DNA of 64,000 nucleotides from Bacteroidota bacterium (GTDB lineage Bacteria; Bacteroidota; Ignavibacteria; Palsa-1295): NCBI GenBank assembly GCA_018266755.1, contig JAFDZW010000001.1, positions 85,635 to 149,634 of the forward strand, read 5' to 3'. Shown piece by piece: positions 1 to 8,996 of this stretch (position 1 is its first letter; each line of letters starts with the position of its first letter). The notes under the pieces were generated by a model. It saw only the letters and a program-made list of their open reading frames with translations, ran no database searches and was not told where the DNA came from. The position numbers and the translations under genes were made by a program.

Positions 1-2175
1 AAAGAGTTGTGCTTGGTCGCCTTCTTCCTCGATACCGAAATCAGTTGCCCCTTTCACGTTTTGAATGACACCCAGAATGGTATCGGCGTAGTTGCGGAGT
101 TTCGTGAGGTCGTTCCCATTGACAAGCACTGCAAGGTCTGCCGACGAGCCAGTGACCGCTTCCGTCACGTTATCGAGGATCGGCTGTGAAAAGCTGAACG
201 TCGCGCCGGGGATCGATGCCTGCAGTTTTGTTTTAATCTCATCGATCAGCTTGTGCTTGTCCATACCCGACGGCCATGTGTCGTACTTCGTAAGTTCGAC
301 ATGGGTTTCGATACGGTTCGGTCCGTATGGATCCGTACCATCATCGTTTCGGCCGAGTTGGGTGATCACAGCGCGGACTTCGGGATACGGACTGACTACC
401 TGTCGGATGATCGGCGGATATTGCGAAGCCGTCTTAAGCGAAATACCGGCGGGCAATACCGTTCGAATGACGATTGCGCCTTCGTCGAGTTCGGGCAAGA
501 ACTCCGTGCCGAGTTTTGTACCGAGGAGCGTCGAGCCAACAACCACGATCACCGCCGCACCGACCACGAATACGCGCCGCTCGATCAGGAAGACCACTGT
601 CTTCTGGTATGCCTTCTGGAGCCAATGGAACAGAGGATTGTGCCATTCCTTCACCTCTGATTTGCGGAAGAAATACGTCGCGAGCACCGGTACGACCGTC
701 AACGCGAGGAGCAACGAGCCGGCGATCGCAAAGCCGAGCGTATAGGCCATCGGCGAAAAGAGTTTGCCTTCGACACGCTTAAGTGTAAATAACGGCAAGT
801 AGGCAAGGATGATGATCACGACAGAGAAGAAGATCTGCTTATCGACATCCTGTGTTGCTTCGACGATTAGTCGCAACGACCCTTTCTCGGTTCGCTCCGC
901 TTCGGGTGTATGGACGAGCCGTCGCATAATAGCCTCGATCATGATGACGGCGCCATCGACGATAATCCCAAAGTCGATCGCACCGAGCGACAACAGATTC
1001 GCCGGAATACCGGTGAAGCGCATCATGATAAATGCCCACAACAACGAGAGCGGGATCGTTACCGCTGCCAGCAATGCCGCACGAACATTACCGAGGAAGA
1101 ATAGCAGCACGATCACCACGATCGTGACGCCTTCAATGAGTGTGTGGCTGACCGTATGCAGTGTGTTGTCGACGAGTTCGCTTCGATCGTACAACTCTAC
1201 TAAATGCACGCCTTCGGGTAACGCGGCCTTTACTTCTTCGAGTTTGCCTTTAAGACTTTCGAGTACCTCGGACGGATTCTCACCTCGTCGCATCAGGACG
1301 ATACCCTGCACGCCGTTATCGACGTCTCGATGTTCGGTATTATTGGTATATCCAAGGATACCCGATGGCGGCAGCGCTGTGATCTCGATCGTGCCGACAT
1401 CTCGGACATAGACCGGTGTGCCGGTCGAAGCATTATTGAGCAAAACGATCAAGCCGATATCCTCGGCCGTCTGGATACGACCGATCCCTCGGATTGCAAG
1501 CCCTTGATTGCCGCGTTCGATAATGTTGCCGCCGGCGTTCGCGTTGTTCGCCTGAATCGCATTTTGGACGGCTGTCATGGTCAGGCCATACTTGCGTAGT
1601 TTGATCGGATCGACGATCACACTATATTGCTTGACCAGGCCGCCAAAGTTCGTGATATCGGCAATACCTTTCGCCTGTAACAGCTTCGGGACGACGACCC
1701 AGTCCTGCAAGGTTCGCAGATCCATCGGCGATTGTTCCGGTCCACCTTCAAGAGCATATCGATAAATCTCGCCAACAGGAGTCGAAAGCGGTGCGAGTTC
1801 GGGTGTAAGTCCGTCCGGGATATCGGCATCGCGTAACTTTTCGATCACCTGATTACGAGCGAAGTAATCGTCGGTGCCTTCGTCGAACGTCAGACGAACG
1901 ATCGAGAGGCCGAAGATGGTACGCGAGCGCCTGTTTACCACCCGTGGCACGGCATTCAAGGCGCGTTCGATCGGAACCGTCACCTGTTCTTCGACCTCTG
2001 CAGCTGCTTTGCCCGGATACTTGGTAATGACGTCCACCTCGGTGTCGGCAACGTCAGGGTATGCTTCGATCTTGAGCGTCAGATACGCTCCGATCCCGCC
2101 TACGATGATCACCAATGCGAGCAGGAGCGTCAGCATCCGCTGACGCATCGCAAAATGTACGAGTTTTCGGATCAT
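1..2175 (-). CDS. Heavy-metal/RND-family inner-membrane efflux pump (CzcA/AcrB-like), N-terminal ~720 codons; gene continues past window start
   Basis: Minus-strand ATG at 2175 with an AGGAAA ribosome-binding site just upstream. Translation MIRKLVHFAMRQRMLTLLLALVIIVGGIGAYLTLKIEA... matches the typical RND pump N-terminus. The frame stays open to position 1, so the ORF track (which needs an in-window stop) does not list it. It is last in a CBA efflux operon. The plus-strand ORFs 92-745 and 809-1411 are antisense artefacts. Confidence 0.7.
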   Translation of the reverse strand, partial: MIRKLVHFAMRQRMLTLLLALVIIVGGIGAYLTLKIEAYPDVADTEVDVITKYPGKAAAEVEEQVTVPIERALNAVPRVVNRRSRTIFGLSIVRLTFDEGTDDYFARNQVIEKLRDADIPDGLTPELAPLSTPVGEIYRYALEGGPEQSPMDLRTLQDWVVVPKLLQAKGIADITNFGGLVKQYSVIVDPIKLRKYGLTMTAVQNAIQANNANAGGNIIERGNQGLAIRGIGRIQTAEDIGLIVLLNNASTGTPVYVRDVGTIEITALPPSGILGYTNNTEHRDVDNGVQGIVLMRRGENPSEVLESLKGKLEEVKAALPEGVHLVELYDRSELVDNTLHTVSHTLIEGVTIVVIVLLFFLGNVRAALLAAVTIPLSLLWAFIMMRFTGIPANLLSLGAIDFGIIVDGAVIMIEAIMRRLVHTPEAERTEKGSLRLIVEATQDVDKQIFFSVVIIILAYLPLFTLKRVEGKLFSPMAYTLGFAIAGSLLLALTVVPVLATYFFRKSEVKEWHNPLFHWLQKAYQKTVVFLIERRVFVVGAAVIVVVGSTLLGTKLGTEFLPELDEGAIVIRTVLPAGISLKTASQYPPIIRQVVSPYPEVRAVITQLGRNDDGTDPYGPNRIETHVELTKYDTWPSGMDKHKLIDEIKTKLQASIPGATFSFSQPILDNVTEAVTGSSADLAVLVNGNDLTKLRNYADTILGVIQNVKGATDFGIEEEGDQAQLF

Positions 2176-2197
2176 GGGAGTTTCCTTTCTATTTGGA

Positions 2198-3184
2198 TCA
2201 CGATCCGAAGCTCAATCCCTTGAGCAGAAACGAGCCTTTGGTCACAACGACATCGCCCGGAGTCAGGCCGGAGAGGACGATAAACCAGTCGCCGGTTTGC
2301 GTTCCGAGCGCAACTTCGCGTCGTTGGTATGTATGGTCGGCAGTGCGAACGAACACATACGATCTTCCTTGAACGGAGACGACACTTGTGCACGGCACGA
2401 CAAACTTTCGTGCGACGTCCGTCCCGAACGAGGCCTTCGCGAACATTCCCGGGCGTAACGTATGCTTGGTATCCGAGAGATTGATCCGCACGTTGAATGT
2501 GCGGGTCGTCGGATCAAGCGCCTTTCCGATGTCGATCACCCTGCCGTGCAAGATCTCGCCTTTAAATGCATCGAATTCAATCTGTGCATCTTCTCCTTTC
2601 TGCACAGTCCATATTTCAGATTCCGGTACGTTCGCAAGAACGAGCGATGTGTTTGGTAGAAGATGCTGCAAGTCGCTCGGCGAGAGGCCGCTCTGGAGCA
2701 TGCGCGATTGATACCCGGTGATTGCGACCTCGATGGCCCTCAGATCGCTCTCCGCCTGCATCAGTTCTTTGCCGGCAACAGCGTTATGGGCAAGCAAGTC
2801 CTTTAACCGCTCCACCTCACGTTTCGCATGTGCTTCGTCGTTGAGCGCCTTCGTATAGTCCGTGAAGAGCTGCGTCAGATCCTGGCTTTCAAAGACAGGA
2901 ATGGCAATCGAACCGTCTTCGATGCTGGTGGTCGAAAAGACAATGCGGGCCGGGGTAGTGGTTGTGACGGAGACGTTGCGCTCCTGCGCGCTATCGAATG
3001 CGAGCAAATGCTGGAGCGTGTCCTTCTCTTCGAACCGGATCTCGCAGCCGCCATTGCTCACATGCGGTGCGGTCGCGAGTTTGAGCGCGACGGTATCGGT
3101 CGCAGGAGCTTGTTTTGACGATTCCCCGCTCGTGCAGGCAGACAGAACTACGAGTAGAATTATACTTGCCGCTATAGCCGGCAT
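2198..3184 (-). CDS. RND efflux membrane fusion protein (CzcB/HlyD family), lipoprotein
   Basis: Internal start MPAIAASIILLVVLSACTSGE gives a lipoprotein signal (ATG at 3184 = ORF 2198-3442 minus its first 86 codons). Coiled-coil and beta-barrel MFP architecture, C-terminal FLLKGLSF. It sits between the outer-membrane factor and pump genes, with 22-nt and 10-nt gaps. Confidence 0.75.
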   Translation of the reverse strand: MPAIAASIILLVVLSACTSGESSKQAPATDTVALKLATAPHVSNGGCEIRFEEKDTLQHLLAFDSAQERNVSVTTTTPARIVFSTTSIEDGSIAIPVFESQDLTQLFTDYTKALNDEAHAKREVERLKDLLAHNAVAGKELMQAESDLRAIEVAITGYQSRMLQSGLSPSDLQHLLPNTSLVLANVPESEIWTVQKGEDAQIEFDAFKGEILHGRVIDIGKALDPTTRTFNVRINLSDTKHTLRPGMFAKASFGTDVARKFVVPCTSVVSVQGRSYVFVRTADHTYQRREVALGTQTGDWFIVLSGLTPGDVVVTKGSFLLKGLSFGS

Positions 3185-3194
3185 CTGACGGAGA

Positions 3195-4502
3195 TTATTG
3201 AATGACATAGAACAGATCCTTTCCAGTGACATAGTCGAGATTGATGAGGCTCTTGGCGTATGCGGCCAAGGCATCGACATAGAGTTCGCGCAGCTCGTTC
3301 TCGGTGCGTGCGACATCGAGGAAATCGACGAGCGACGTCGATCCTCTTCGATATGCGTATTCGACGGACGATCGAACGAGTTTGGATTTTTCGAGAATGC
3401 TTGTGCCGAGTCGGCGGAGCGATTCTCGCTTGGCCTCGACATCGAGCATTGCGCCGCGGATATCGGCTCGAAGTTGGAGCAGTGCCGCTTCGGTTTGTGC
3501 CTTCGCTTCGGCGCTCATTGCTTCTGCACGCTGGATGTCGCCTTGGTGACGGTCGAAGATCGGCAGTGGGAATGAGATGCTAGCCCCCCAGAATGTGACT
3601 TCCTGCTGGCGCATTGCATCGAGCGATACACTCAGGTCGATCGACGCGAGCGATTTCGCAACGGCGATCTGGGCTTGTGCGGCTTGTTCGGCTGCGAGCA
3701 ATACGCGAATGTCGCTTCTGGATTCGGCGGCGATCGATACGATCGAATCGATCGAGGGGAGAGGCCGTTCGATGAGCGACGCCACGCGTGAGATAGCAGT
3801 TGTATCCGGTTGTACCAGTACCGACGCTTCGGTCCCGCGTCTGCCCAGAAGTCCGAGCAGGGCAGTTGACGTCGTTCGATAGGATGTTTCGTTCGCAAGC
3901 ACGTCGAGCGAGAACCGCTCGCGCTCGACCTCACTGCGGGTGAGGTCAACGGCCGGAATGTCCTGACCCCGAACGCGGGCACTATCGAGTACGACAAGCG
4001 AATCGAGGAGCACTAAGCTCTCGCGCATGACACCGGTCTTGACGTAGGCAGCCGTCAGGTCGATATATGCGTTCTTGACGGCGAATTGGGTTTGCCGTAC
4101 TGCATCCTCGTACCGTCGTTCGGTAACGGATTTTGCTGCGCTTGCAGCACCAAGACGCGCGTCGCGCTTACCGCCAAGCTCGAAGGGAAGGATAAGTGAA
4201 CCCCCGTACTGCTTCTGTTTCGGGCCGTAGCCGTCGCTCGGGAGCAGGTCGCCGTTGATCGACAGCGAAGGGTTTGGTCGCAGACCCGCGGTGACAATAT
4301 CCGCATCGGCTGCGGCGCCCTCGAACGAGAGCGCATGCAGCGATGGGTTGTGTAGTACTGCTTCACGCAGCGCTTGTAAAATGGTAAGCTGTTCCGCCGC
4401 CGGTGTCTGAGCATCCATCGTACCCTTAAGCATCAGTAGGCACACGACGGACGGAACGAGCTTACGCACAATTGTTTGTCGAATCCAAAATCGTTCGTTC
4501 AT
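3195..4502 (-). CDS. TolC-like outer-membrane efflux protein (OMF, CzcC-like)
   Basis: 435-aa ORF with an N-terminal signal-like segment and the two-repeat helical OEP pattern (QALREAVLHNPSL..., SLINLDYVTGK C-terminus). It is first in the OMF-MFP-RND operon. The true start may be an internal Met. Confidence 0.7.
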   Translation of the reverse strand: MNERFWIRQTIVRKLVPSVVCLLMLKGTMDAQTPAAEQLTILQALREAVLHNPSLHALSFEGAAADADIVTAGLRPNPSLSINGDLLPSDGYGPKQKQYGGSLILPFELGGKRDARLGAASAAKSVTERRYEDAVRQTQFAVKNAYIDLTAAYVKTGVMRESLVLLDSLVVLDSARVRGQDIPAVDLTRSEVERERFSLDVLANETSYRTTSTALLGLLGRRGTEASVLVQPDTTAISRVASLIERPLPSIDSIVSIAAESRSDIRVLLAAEQAAQAQIAVAKSLASIDLSVSLDAMRQQEVTFWGASISFPLPIFDRHQGDIQRAEAMSAEAKAQTEAALLQLRADIRGAMLDVEAKRESLRRLGTSILEKSKLVRSSVEYAYRRGSTSLVDFLDVARTENELRELYVDALAAYAKSLINLDYVTGKDLFYVIQ

Positions 4503-4628
4503 ACATCTGTTGTTTCGAAGAGGAGGGTGATCTCGAAGGGCGGCGCATCACCCGAGTACGGGAAATGCGAACGCGCCGGCTGCCATGCCAATCGAGGCAT
4601 GGTAGTCAGAATATTTGATCGAACGGAA

Positions 4629-5165
4629 TTAGATCAGGATCTGCTGGAACGTGATGATCCTGTCGAGAGATATGGTTGGCGTAAGAACTCGTTGCTCGGT
4701 CGGGGGATGAGAAACGTAGATCGTGGAGGCTATTTCGGCAGACGTGGATGCATCCTGAACGCCAGGGCTATCCTCGTCTTCGTACACGGAATTATGACTC
4801 GTAACGCCGTCGTCACCAACATGCAGTGCTGCCGCGTTGATGTGTAGCTGCCGATTAGTGCGGTGATGTTGAGCGAACACCGACTCGTGATGGGAGGGGC
4901 CGACATCGAAGAGCGAGTCGCTAATCGCTGAGTCGTCAACGAAGTTGATCTTCCCGAATAGCGACGCGTAAATGACGTCGAGATTGAGGGTGTCACAAAC
5001 GAACAACGCGAGATACAGTCCGAAGAACGCATTCACCACGCCTCGACGGACACTCGTCGAACGTGTGTTGCCGGACGTGGAAACGATATCTCTAATTCGC
5101 TGTAGTGACATACGCTGAACACTAAGAAGACGCATCAGTGGTGAAAAAGTTTCAACTCCACACAT
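4629..5165 (-). CDS. Hypothetical protein (His-containing, possible small membrane/metal-associated protein upstream of the efflux operon)
   Basis: 178-aa ORF with a hydrophobic segment FFGLYLALFVCDTL and an HHESVFAQHH stretch. No family recognised; start uncertain. Confidence 0.3.
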   Translation of the reverse strand: MCGVETFSPLMRLLSVQRMSLQRIRDIVSTSGNTRSTSVRRGVVNAFFGLYLALFVCDTLNLDVIYASLFGKINFVDDSAISDSLFDVGPSHHESVFAQHHRTNRQLHINAAALHVGDDGVTSHNSVYEDEDSPGVQDASTSAEIASTIYVSHPPTEQRVLTPTISLDRIITFQQILI

Positions 5166-5362
5166 TCGCGTCCGTTCTGAACTTCAATTTTGACACTACA
5201 GAATGTCGATTGACCTTCGCCGGAACATGGGTACCGATATGTTGCCAAGAACGATTGTCTGACAGGGGAGAATCGGTCGACGGTGCGGTCATGGGAACCA
5301 CAGTAATATGCTTTTGCGTAGTACTGCACTCTTTACGCGTATGTGTAAATAGTAGCACCGAC

Positions 5363-5449
5363 GGAAGGGTGCAAGAGTGGTTTAATTGGCACGCCTGGAA
5401 AGCGTGTGTGCGTGAAAGCGTACCGAGGGTTCGAATCCCTCCCCTTCCG
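5363..5449 (+). tRNA. tRNA-Ser (anticodon GGA)
   Basis: Acceptor stem GGAAGGG/CCCTTCC, anticodon stem CACGC/GCGTG with loop CTGGAAA, long variable arm, T-arm GAGGG-TTCGAAT-CCCTC, discriminator G. CCA is not encoded. Confidence 0.8.
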
Positions 5450-5559
5450 CTAAGATTATGCAAAAGATTCCCTAATTCCCCTCTCTTTTGTATCTTGCAT
5501 TTCCCTTGTTGTGTGTGTATATTTACAGGCAATCTATTACAAAGTATTGCCGCCTAGTG

Positions 5560-6012
5560 ATGAACTATCGTACCATGAATACTACTGTCACCGCATCTTC
5601 CGTTCTCGGAAGGTCGCTTGCGCTTCTTTGCATCTGTGGATTATTTTCCTGTTCGCAGCCGTCGTCCGGTCCGAACGAGGTTTCGGTCGTGCCAACCTTC
5701 CAGAAGGACGGGGCCATGAGGGCTCAGTCCGATGATAAGAAGAAGGACAAAAAACTCTCGATCAGGAATAAATCAAAGCATGATGTTACCGTCGACGTCA
5801 CCTTCGACAGCGGGGATGCAGATTCATTCTCCTGCAATAGCGGGACAAACACCGACTATCAAGTGGGAGGGACCGCATCGGCGCTGAGCCTCAATAGTAC
5901 CTCGATTTCATCCAATACCGCCACAACCATCACGCTCAGTGACGGCTCACAAATCACTGTGACGTGGGATGGGAATGTTATTGTTGTTGTAGACACTCTT
6001 GAGATGAACTAA
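5560..6012 (+). CDS. Small secreted lipoprotein, member 1 of a conserved C-terminal-tail family (…TVTWDGNVIVVVDTLEMN)
   Basis: Start taken at MNYRTMNTTVTASSVLGRSLALLCICGLFSCSQ (signal peptide plus a Cys lipobox-like site). Ser/Thr-rich mature part of about 120 aa. The C-terminal 19 aa are nearly identical to the ends of the ORFs finishing at 8384 and 8854. Confidence 0.6.
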   Translation: MNYRTMNTTVTASSVLGRSLALLCICGLFSCSQPSSGPNEVSVVPTFQKDGAMRAQSDDKKKDKKLSIRNKSKHDVTVDVTFDSGDADSFSCNSGTNTDYQVGGTASALSLNSTSISSNTATTITLSDGSQITVTWDGNVIVVVDTLEMN

Positions 6013-6053
6013 ATTCTCTATTGAAGTAGTACGCGGTCCTTCGTAGAGGAAGT

Positions 6054-7583
6054 TTAGATTTTCCCTTCTTTATGCTTTTGGGTGAGCATACTTACCGTCG
6101 TTTGCCATAACCATTCAAACGGTAGTATCTGAAGACCGTCCTGGGCTTCTACGGCGTCAGACGTCCGTTGGCTCATTCGCTCAAAATAGGGGAGTGCCTT
6201 ACGACGCGTAATCTCCGGATCGAACGAATTACCTTCCATAATTTGGAGCATCTTAAAGAAAAGGGCACTACGTCTATTAGAATTGACCTGGAGGTATCGA
6301 TTTCTATAGGTACGCAGTGCATCCATTCGTCCGATAATCGAGCCAAAATCATTCTGCTCGAGCAGTAACATAATGTGAAGAATCAGAATTGCGATGTTGT
6401 ACCCCCGTTTGTCGCGTTTGAACGTCGGGACTGTCCGTAGGAAACGCTCGGGATCGATCCTGCGGCGATCCTGTCTACGGGACTGTATGCCGCTTTGACG
6501 CAATGCGAACTCAAGGTAGAGATCAAAAATCTGCCACTTCTCTTTTGCTTCGTTGCTGAGGAATTGGAATCGCGGATGGTTCATCGTCCGAGTTAACACG
6601 TCCTCAGCTTCTGAAAAGTGCAGGGTGTGGATCTCAAGCAAAAACCAGTATTCCATCAACACGAACCAGTTCGCTCCACCTTCCGGGAATAGCTCGATGC
6701 ATCGATCGACAGTCTTCCTTCCTTCAGTGTAGGATCGAAGGTAGAGGTAGCAGCCAAGTTTCTGGATCTGAAACTCACCAAATAAGATCTTGTATGCAAT
6801 ATGGCTATTCTTCGCAAGATAATTGTCAGCTTCGTCACAGATCTTCACAGCGTCGATGTAGAGCTGGCCGATCTGAAGAAACGCAATTTTCAGTCGGTAG
6901 TAATAGAGTAAGAAACTAAACGAATGGTAGGCTTCCGGTACCGCTTCGAGCTGTTGAATATAGGACAGACAGATATCTTTGAGATCTGGTTGCTCAGCCA
7001 CCGATCTTGTGAAGCGAATCGTTAGTCGTTCATAGAATTCCTGGGCCAGCAGTTCTGCCTGAAACGTACCTTGTAACTCGTTTAGGAGGTTCGTATATCG
7101 ATCATACTGCGTATAGGAACCACTGAAGCGGCTGTAATTGCGCAATACGGTGGCTGCTTGGATCGCATTTATGGTGAAATTGTACTTGAGCGCCTGCTTA
7201 AGCGTGCTTTCGGCGAGTTTGATTGCACTGCTTCTCGCACCGAATTGCGTGAGGGTGTTCATCCAGAATATCGCTTTTCCATTATGGTAGCGGGCGACCA
7301 ACTGCTCGGAAAAGTCCTTTTCCCGGATATCAAGGAAGAAGAGCAGATTCATCATCTTCTTCTTGAGTCGATTTTTGAGGGTTGTATACTTGGTGTCTAT
7401 TTGAGCCGAGCCATAGACATATTGGGCGGCCTCAAGATCAGAACCTATTTTTCCGTCCTTAAGACCAATATATAGTTTGGAAACATAGTCCGTCTCGTCT
7501 GCGGAAGCATCAGAATCAATTAAATCTGGATTCTTTTCCCGAAACCGAGTGACAATTTGAGCGATTTCGCGTAGATACTGCAT
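6054..7583 (-). CDS. 509-aa cytoplasmic helical-repeat (TPR-like) protein, candidate regulator/peptide-binding partner of the flanking small-protein genes
   Basis: Long ORF with no signal peptide or transmembrane segment and a repeating amphipathic-helix pattern (e.g. AIQAATVLRNYSRFSGSYTQYDRYTNLLNELQG, YHSFSFLLYYYRLKIAFLQIGQLY). GC is visibly lower than the flanks. It is divergent from or flanked by the three tail-family genes. No helix-turn-helix was recognised by eye. Confidence 0.55.
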   Translation of the reverse strand: MQYLREIAQIVTRFREKNPDLIDSDASADETDYVSKLYIGLKDGKIGSDLEAAQYVYGSAQIDTKYTTLKNRLKKKMMNLLFFLDIREKDFSEQLVARYHNGKAIFWMNTLTQFGARSSAIKLAESTLKQALKYNFTINAIQAATVLRNYSRFSGSYTQYDRYTNLLNELQGTFQAELLAQEFYERLTIRFTRSVAEQPDLKDICLSYIQQLEAVPEAYHSFSFLLYYYRLKIAFLQIGQLYIDAVKICDEADNYLAKNSHIAYKILFGEFQIQKLGCYLYLRSYTEGRKTVDRCIELFPEGGANWFVLMEYWFLLEIHTLHFSEAEDVLTRTMNHPRFQFLSNEAKEKWQIFDLYLEFALRQSGIQSRRQDRRRIDPERFLRTVPTFKRDKRGYNIAILILHIMLLLEQNDFGSIIGRMDALRTYRNRYLQVNSNRRSALFFKMLQIMEGNSFDPEITRRKALPYFERMSQRTSDAVEAQDGLQILPFEWLWQTTVSMLTQKHKEGKI

Positions 7584-8178
7584 TCGTGTTATTGTCTGTT
7601 AAATGATTGTTTTACATAGCTTTAAGCTATAAATACAGTTTATTCGGAAGGATGGTCGAACATCAAATCCTGCGAAAATCAAGAGAAAAAACTATTTTGA
7701 TCGTGTGATAATTTCAAATTTTTTGATTTCTTTTAATTCCGGTCGCAAGCTATTTTTGTATAGTGATTCACGAACAAGATACAGAACGCTTGATTCTTGA
7801 GTCTGAGGCTTTCTGGGGGATCATTGAATTTTGAAGTTTGACCGAGTTTTAAGTTTGCAACGGCACCTAGAGACGACCAAGCCGATAGCGGCGGTCGAGA
7901 GTGAGTGAAAAATAGAGAATAGGAAGCATCTGCCAGGGCTCGCAGAACTTTTTGCGCCCCGCAAATGTGATTTTTTGCACTCAAGCGTGCAAAAAGATCG
8001 ATAGTTCATTGAAAATCGAGCGATTGTCAAGTGATTGTCATCTAATTACTTGTGGGTGTGTGAAACAAAAAATCACCACCTCTAACCACTTGTTGGCACT
8101 GAAATTAACTTAATTTCGCCATGTCTTTCGAGTGATAAATAGGGGTGAACTGTTCGCAATAAGTGGGTTTGCACAGTG

Positions 8179-8186
8179 TAATTTTG
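8179..8186 (+). promoter_or_regulatory. Candidate Bacteroidota-type -7 promoter element TAATTTTG upstream of the small-peptide gene
   Basis: TAATTTTG matches the TAnnTTTG consensus of FCB-group sigma-A promoters and lies about 50 nt upstream of the ATG at 8238 in an AT-rich intergenic region. A TTTG at 8168-8171 is a possible -33, but the spacing is atypical. Confidence 0.2.
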
Positions 8187-8237
8187 TATCACGATAGTCA
8201 AACAAGTAGTTTTTCAATCACAAAACGACTGACGACA

Positions 8238-8384
8238 ATGGTACAAGCAATCGTACTCGCGGCTCAAATTACGTTTCAGGTGCTTTTTGGAGCGACCACC
8301 ACATCGGTCACTTCTACCGGCACAACAGTCGGACCGACGCAGACGGGTGCGATCGTTGTGGTTGATACACTTGAGATGAACTAA
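8238..8384 (+). CDS. 48-aa precursor-like peptide, member 2 of the conserved-tail family (MVQAIVLAAQITFQVLFGATTTSVTSTGTTVGPTQTGAIVVVDTLEMN)
   Basis: Internal Met of track ORF 8163-8384. It has a hydrophobic N-terminus, a Thr/Gly-rich middle and the same C-terminal AIVVVDTLEMN-stop as its neighbours. No Cys. The longer 73-aa start at 8163 cannot be excluded. Confidence 0.45.
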   Translation: MVQAIVLAAQITFQVLFGATTTSVTSTGTTVGPTQTGAIVVVDTLEMN

Positions 8385-8410
8385 TTCTCAATTCTCACAC
8401 CTGCCCCACA

Positions 8411-8854
8411 ATGACGATGAAGACCATCTTTACCACCATGAACCGTTTCGCAAAGTTCACATCGGTTGCAATTCTTTTTGCTGCTCTTGCAGTATTTACT
8501 TCTTCATGTGCACCGTCAACGGACTCGGAAGCTCCGACGTCGATTGGTGTTCAGAAGAACGCTGTGACATCGACAACAGCTACATACACAGAGACGGTTA
8601 ACAACAAGAGCTCTGAGTTTGTAAACTTCACGTTGAATTTAGCCGATAATTCGCAGTTCTTTTACGGTTCGGCTCCGTATACCAACGTTGGTGTGATTAC
8701 TCCGGCCTCGGTGGTGGGCGTCATGGCAAATGGGAAGAATATCCCGATTAATACGCCGACAGTGGTAACCATGAGTGATGGCAAGAATGTCACAGTGACG
8801 TGGGATCCCACGACCAATGCGATCGTAGTCGTCGACACGCTCGAGATGAACTAA
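8411..8854 (+). CDS. Small secreted lipoprotein, member 3 of the conserved-tail family (…VTVTWDPTTNAIVVVDTLEMN)
   Basis: Signal peptide MTMKTIFTTMNRFAKFTSVAILFAALAVFTSSCAP with a lipobox-like SSC. Thr/Ser-rich body. C-terminal 21 aa are paralogous to ORFs 5560-6012 and 8238-8384. Confidence 0.6.
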   Translation: MTMKTIFTTMNRFAKFTSVAILFAALAVFTSSCAPSTDSEAPTSIGVQKNAVTSTTATYTETVNNKSSEFVNFTLNLADNSQFFYGSAPYTNVGVITPASVVGVMANGKNIPINTPTVVTMSDGKNVTVTWDPTTNAIVVVDTLEMN

Positions 8855-8945
8855 GTGATTCATTGAAAATTGATTGTTTGATTTTGGGTTCTCTCAACTA
8901 CAAGTACTATCCATCCAGTGATTAGTAGCTTGTATCCCGTGGCAG

Positions 8946-8978
8946 GGGCATTCTTTCGGGAATGCCCATTTTTTTTTT
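8946..8978 (+). terminator. Rho-independent terminator after the small-protein genes
   Basis: Hairpin GGGCATTC-(TTTCGG)-GAATGCCC followed by a T10 run. Confidence 0.6.
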
Positions 8979-8996
8979 CTGTAGTTTTGTACTGCT

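Noticed and set aside
92-2143. Plus-strand ORFs 92-745, 809-1411, 1330-1599, 1874-2143 in the first 2 kb
   Set aside because: The minus strand encodes an uninterrupted RND pump from ATG 2175 to the window edge with a canonical N-terminus. The plus-strand ORFs are Ser/Arg/Thr-rich antisense artefacts.
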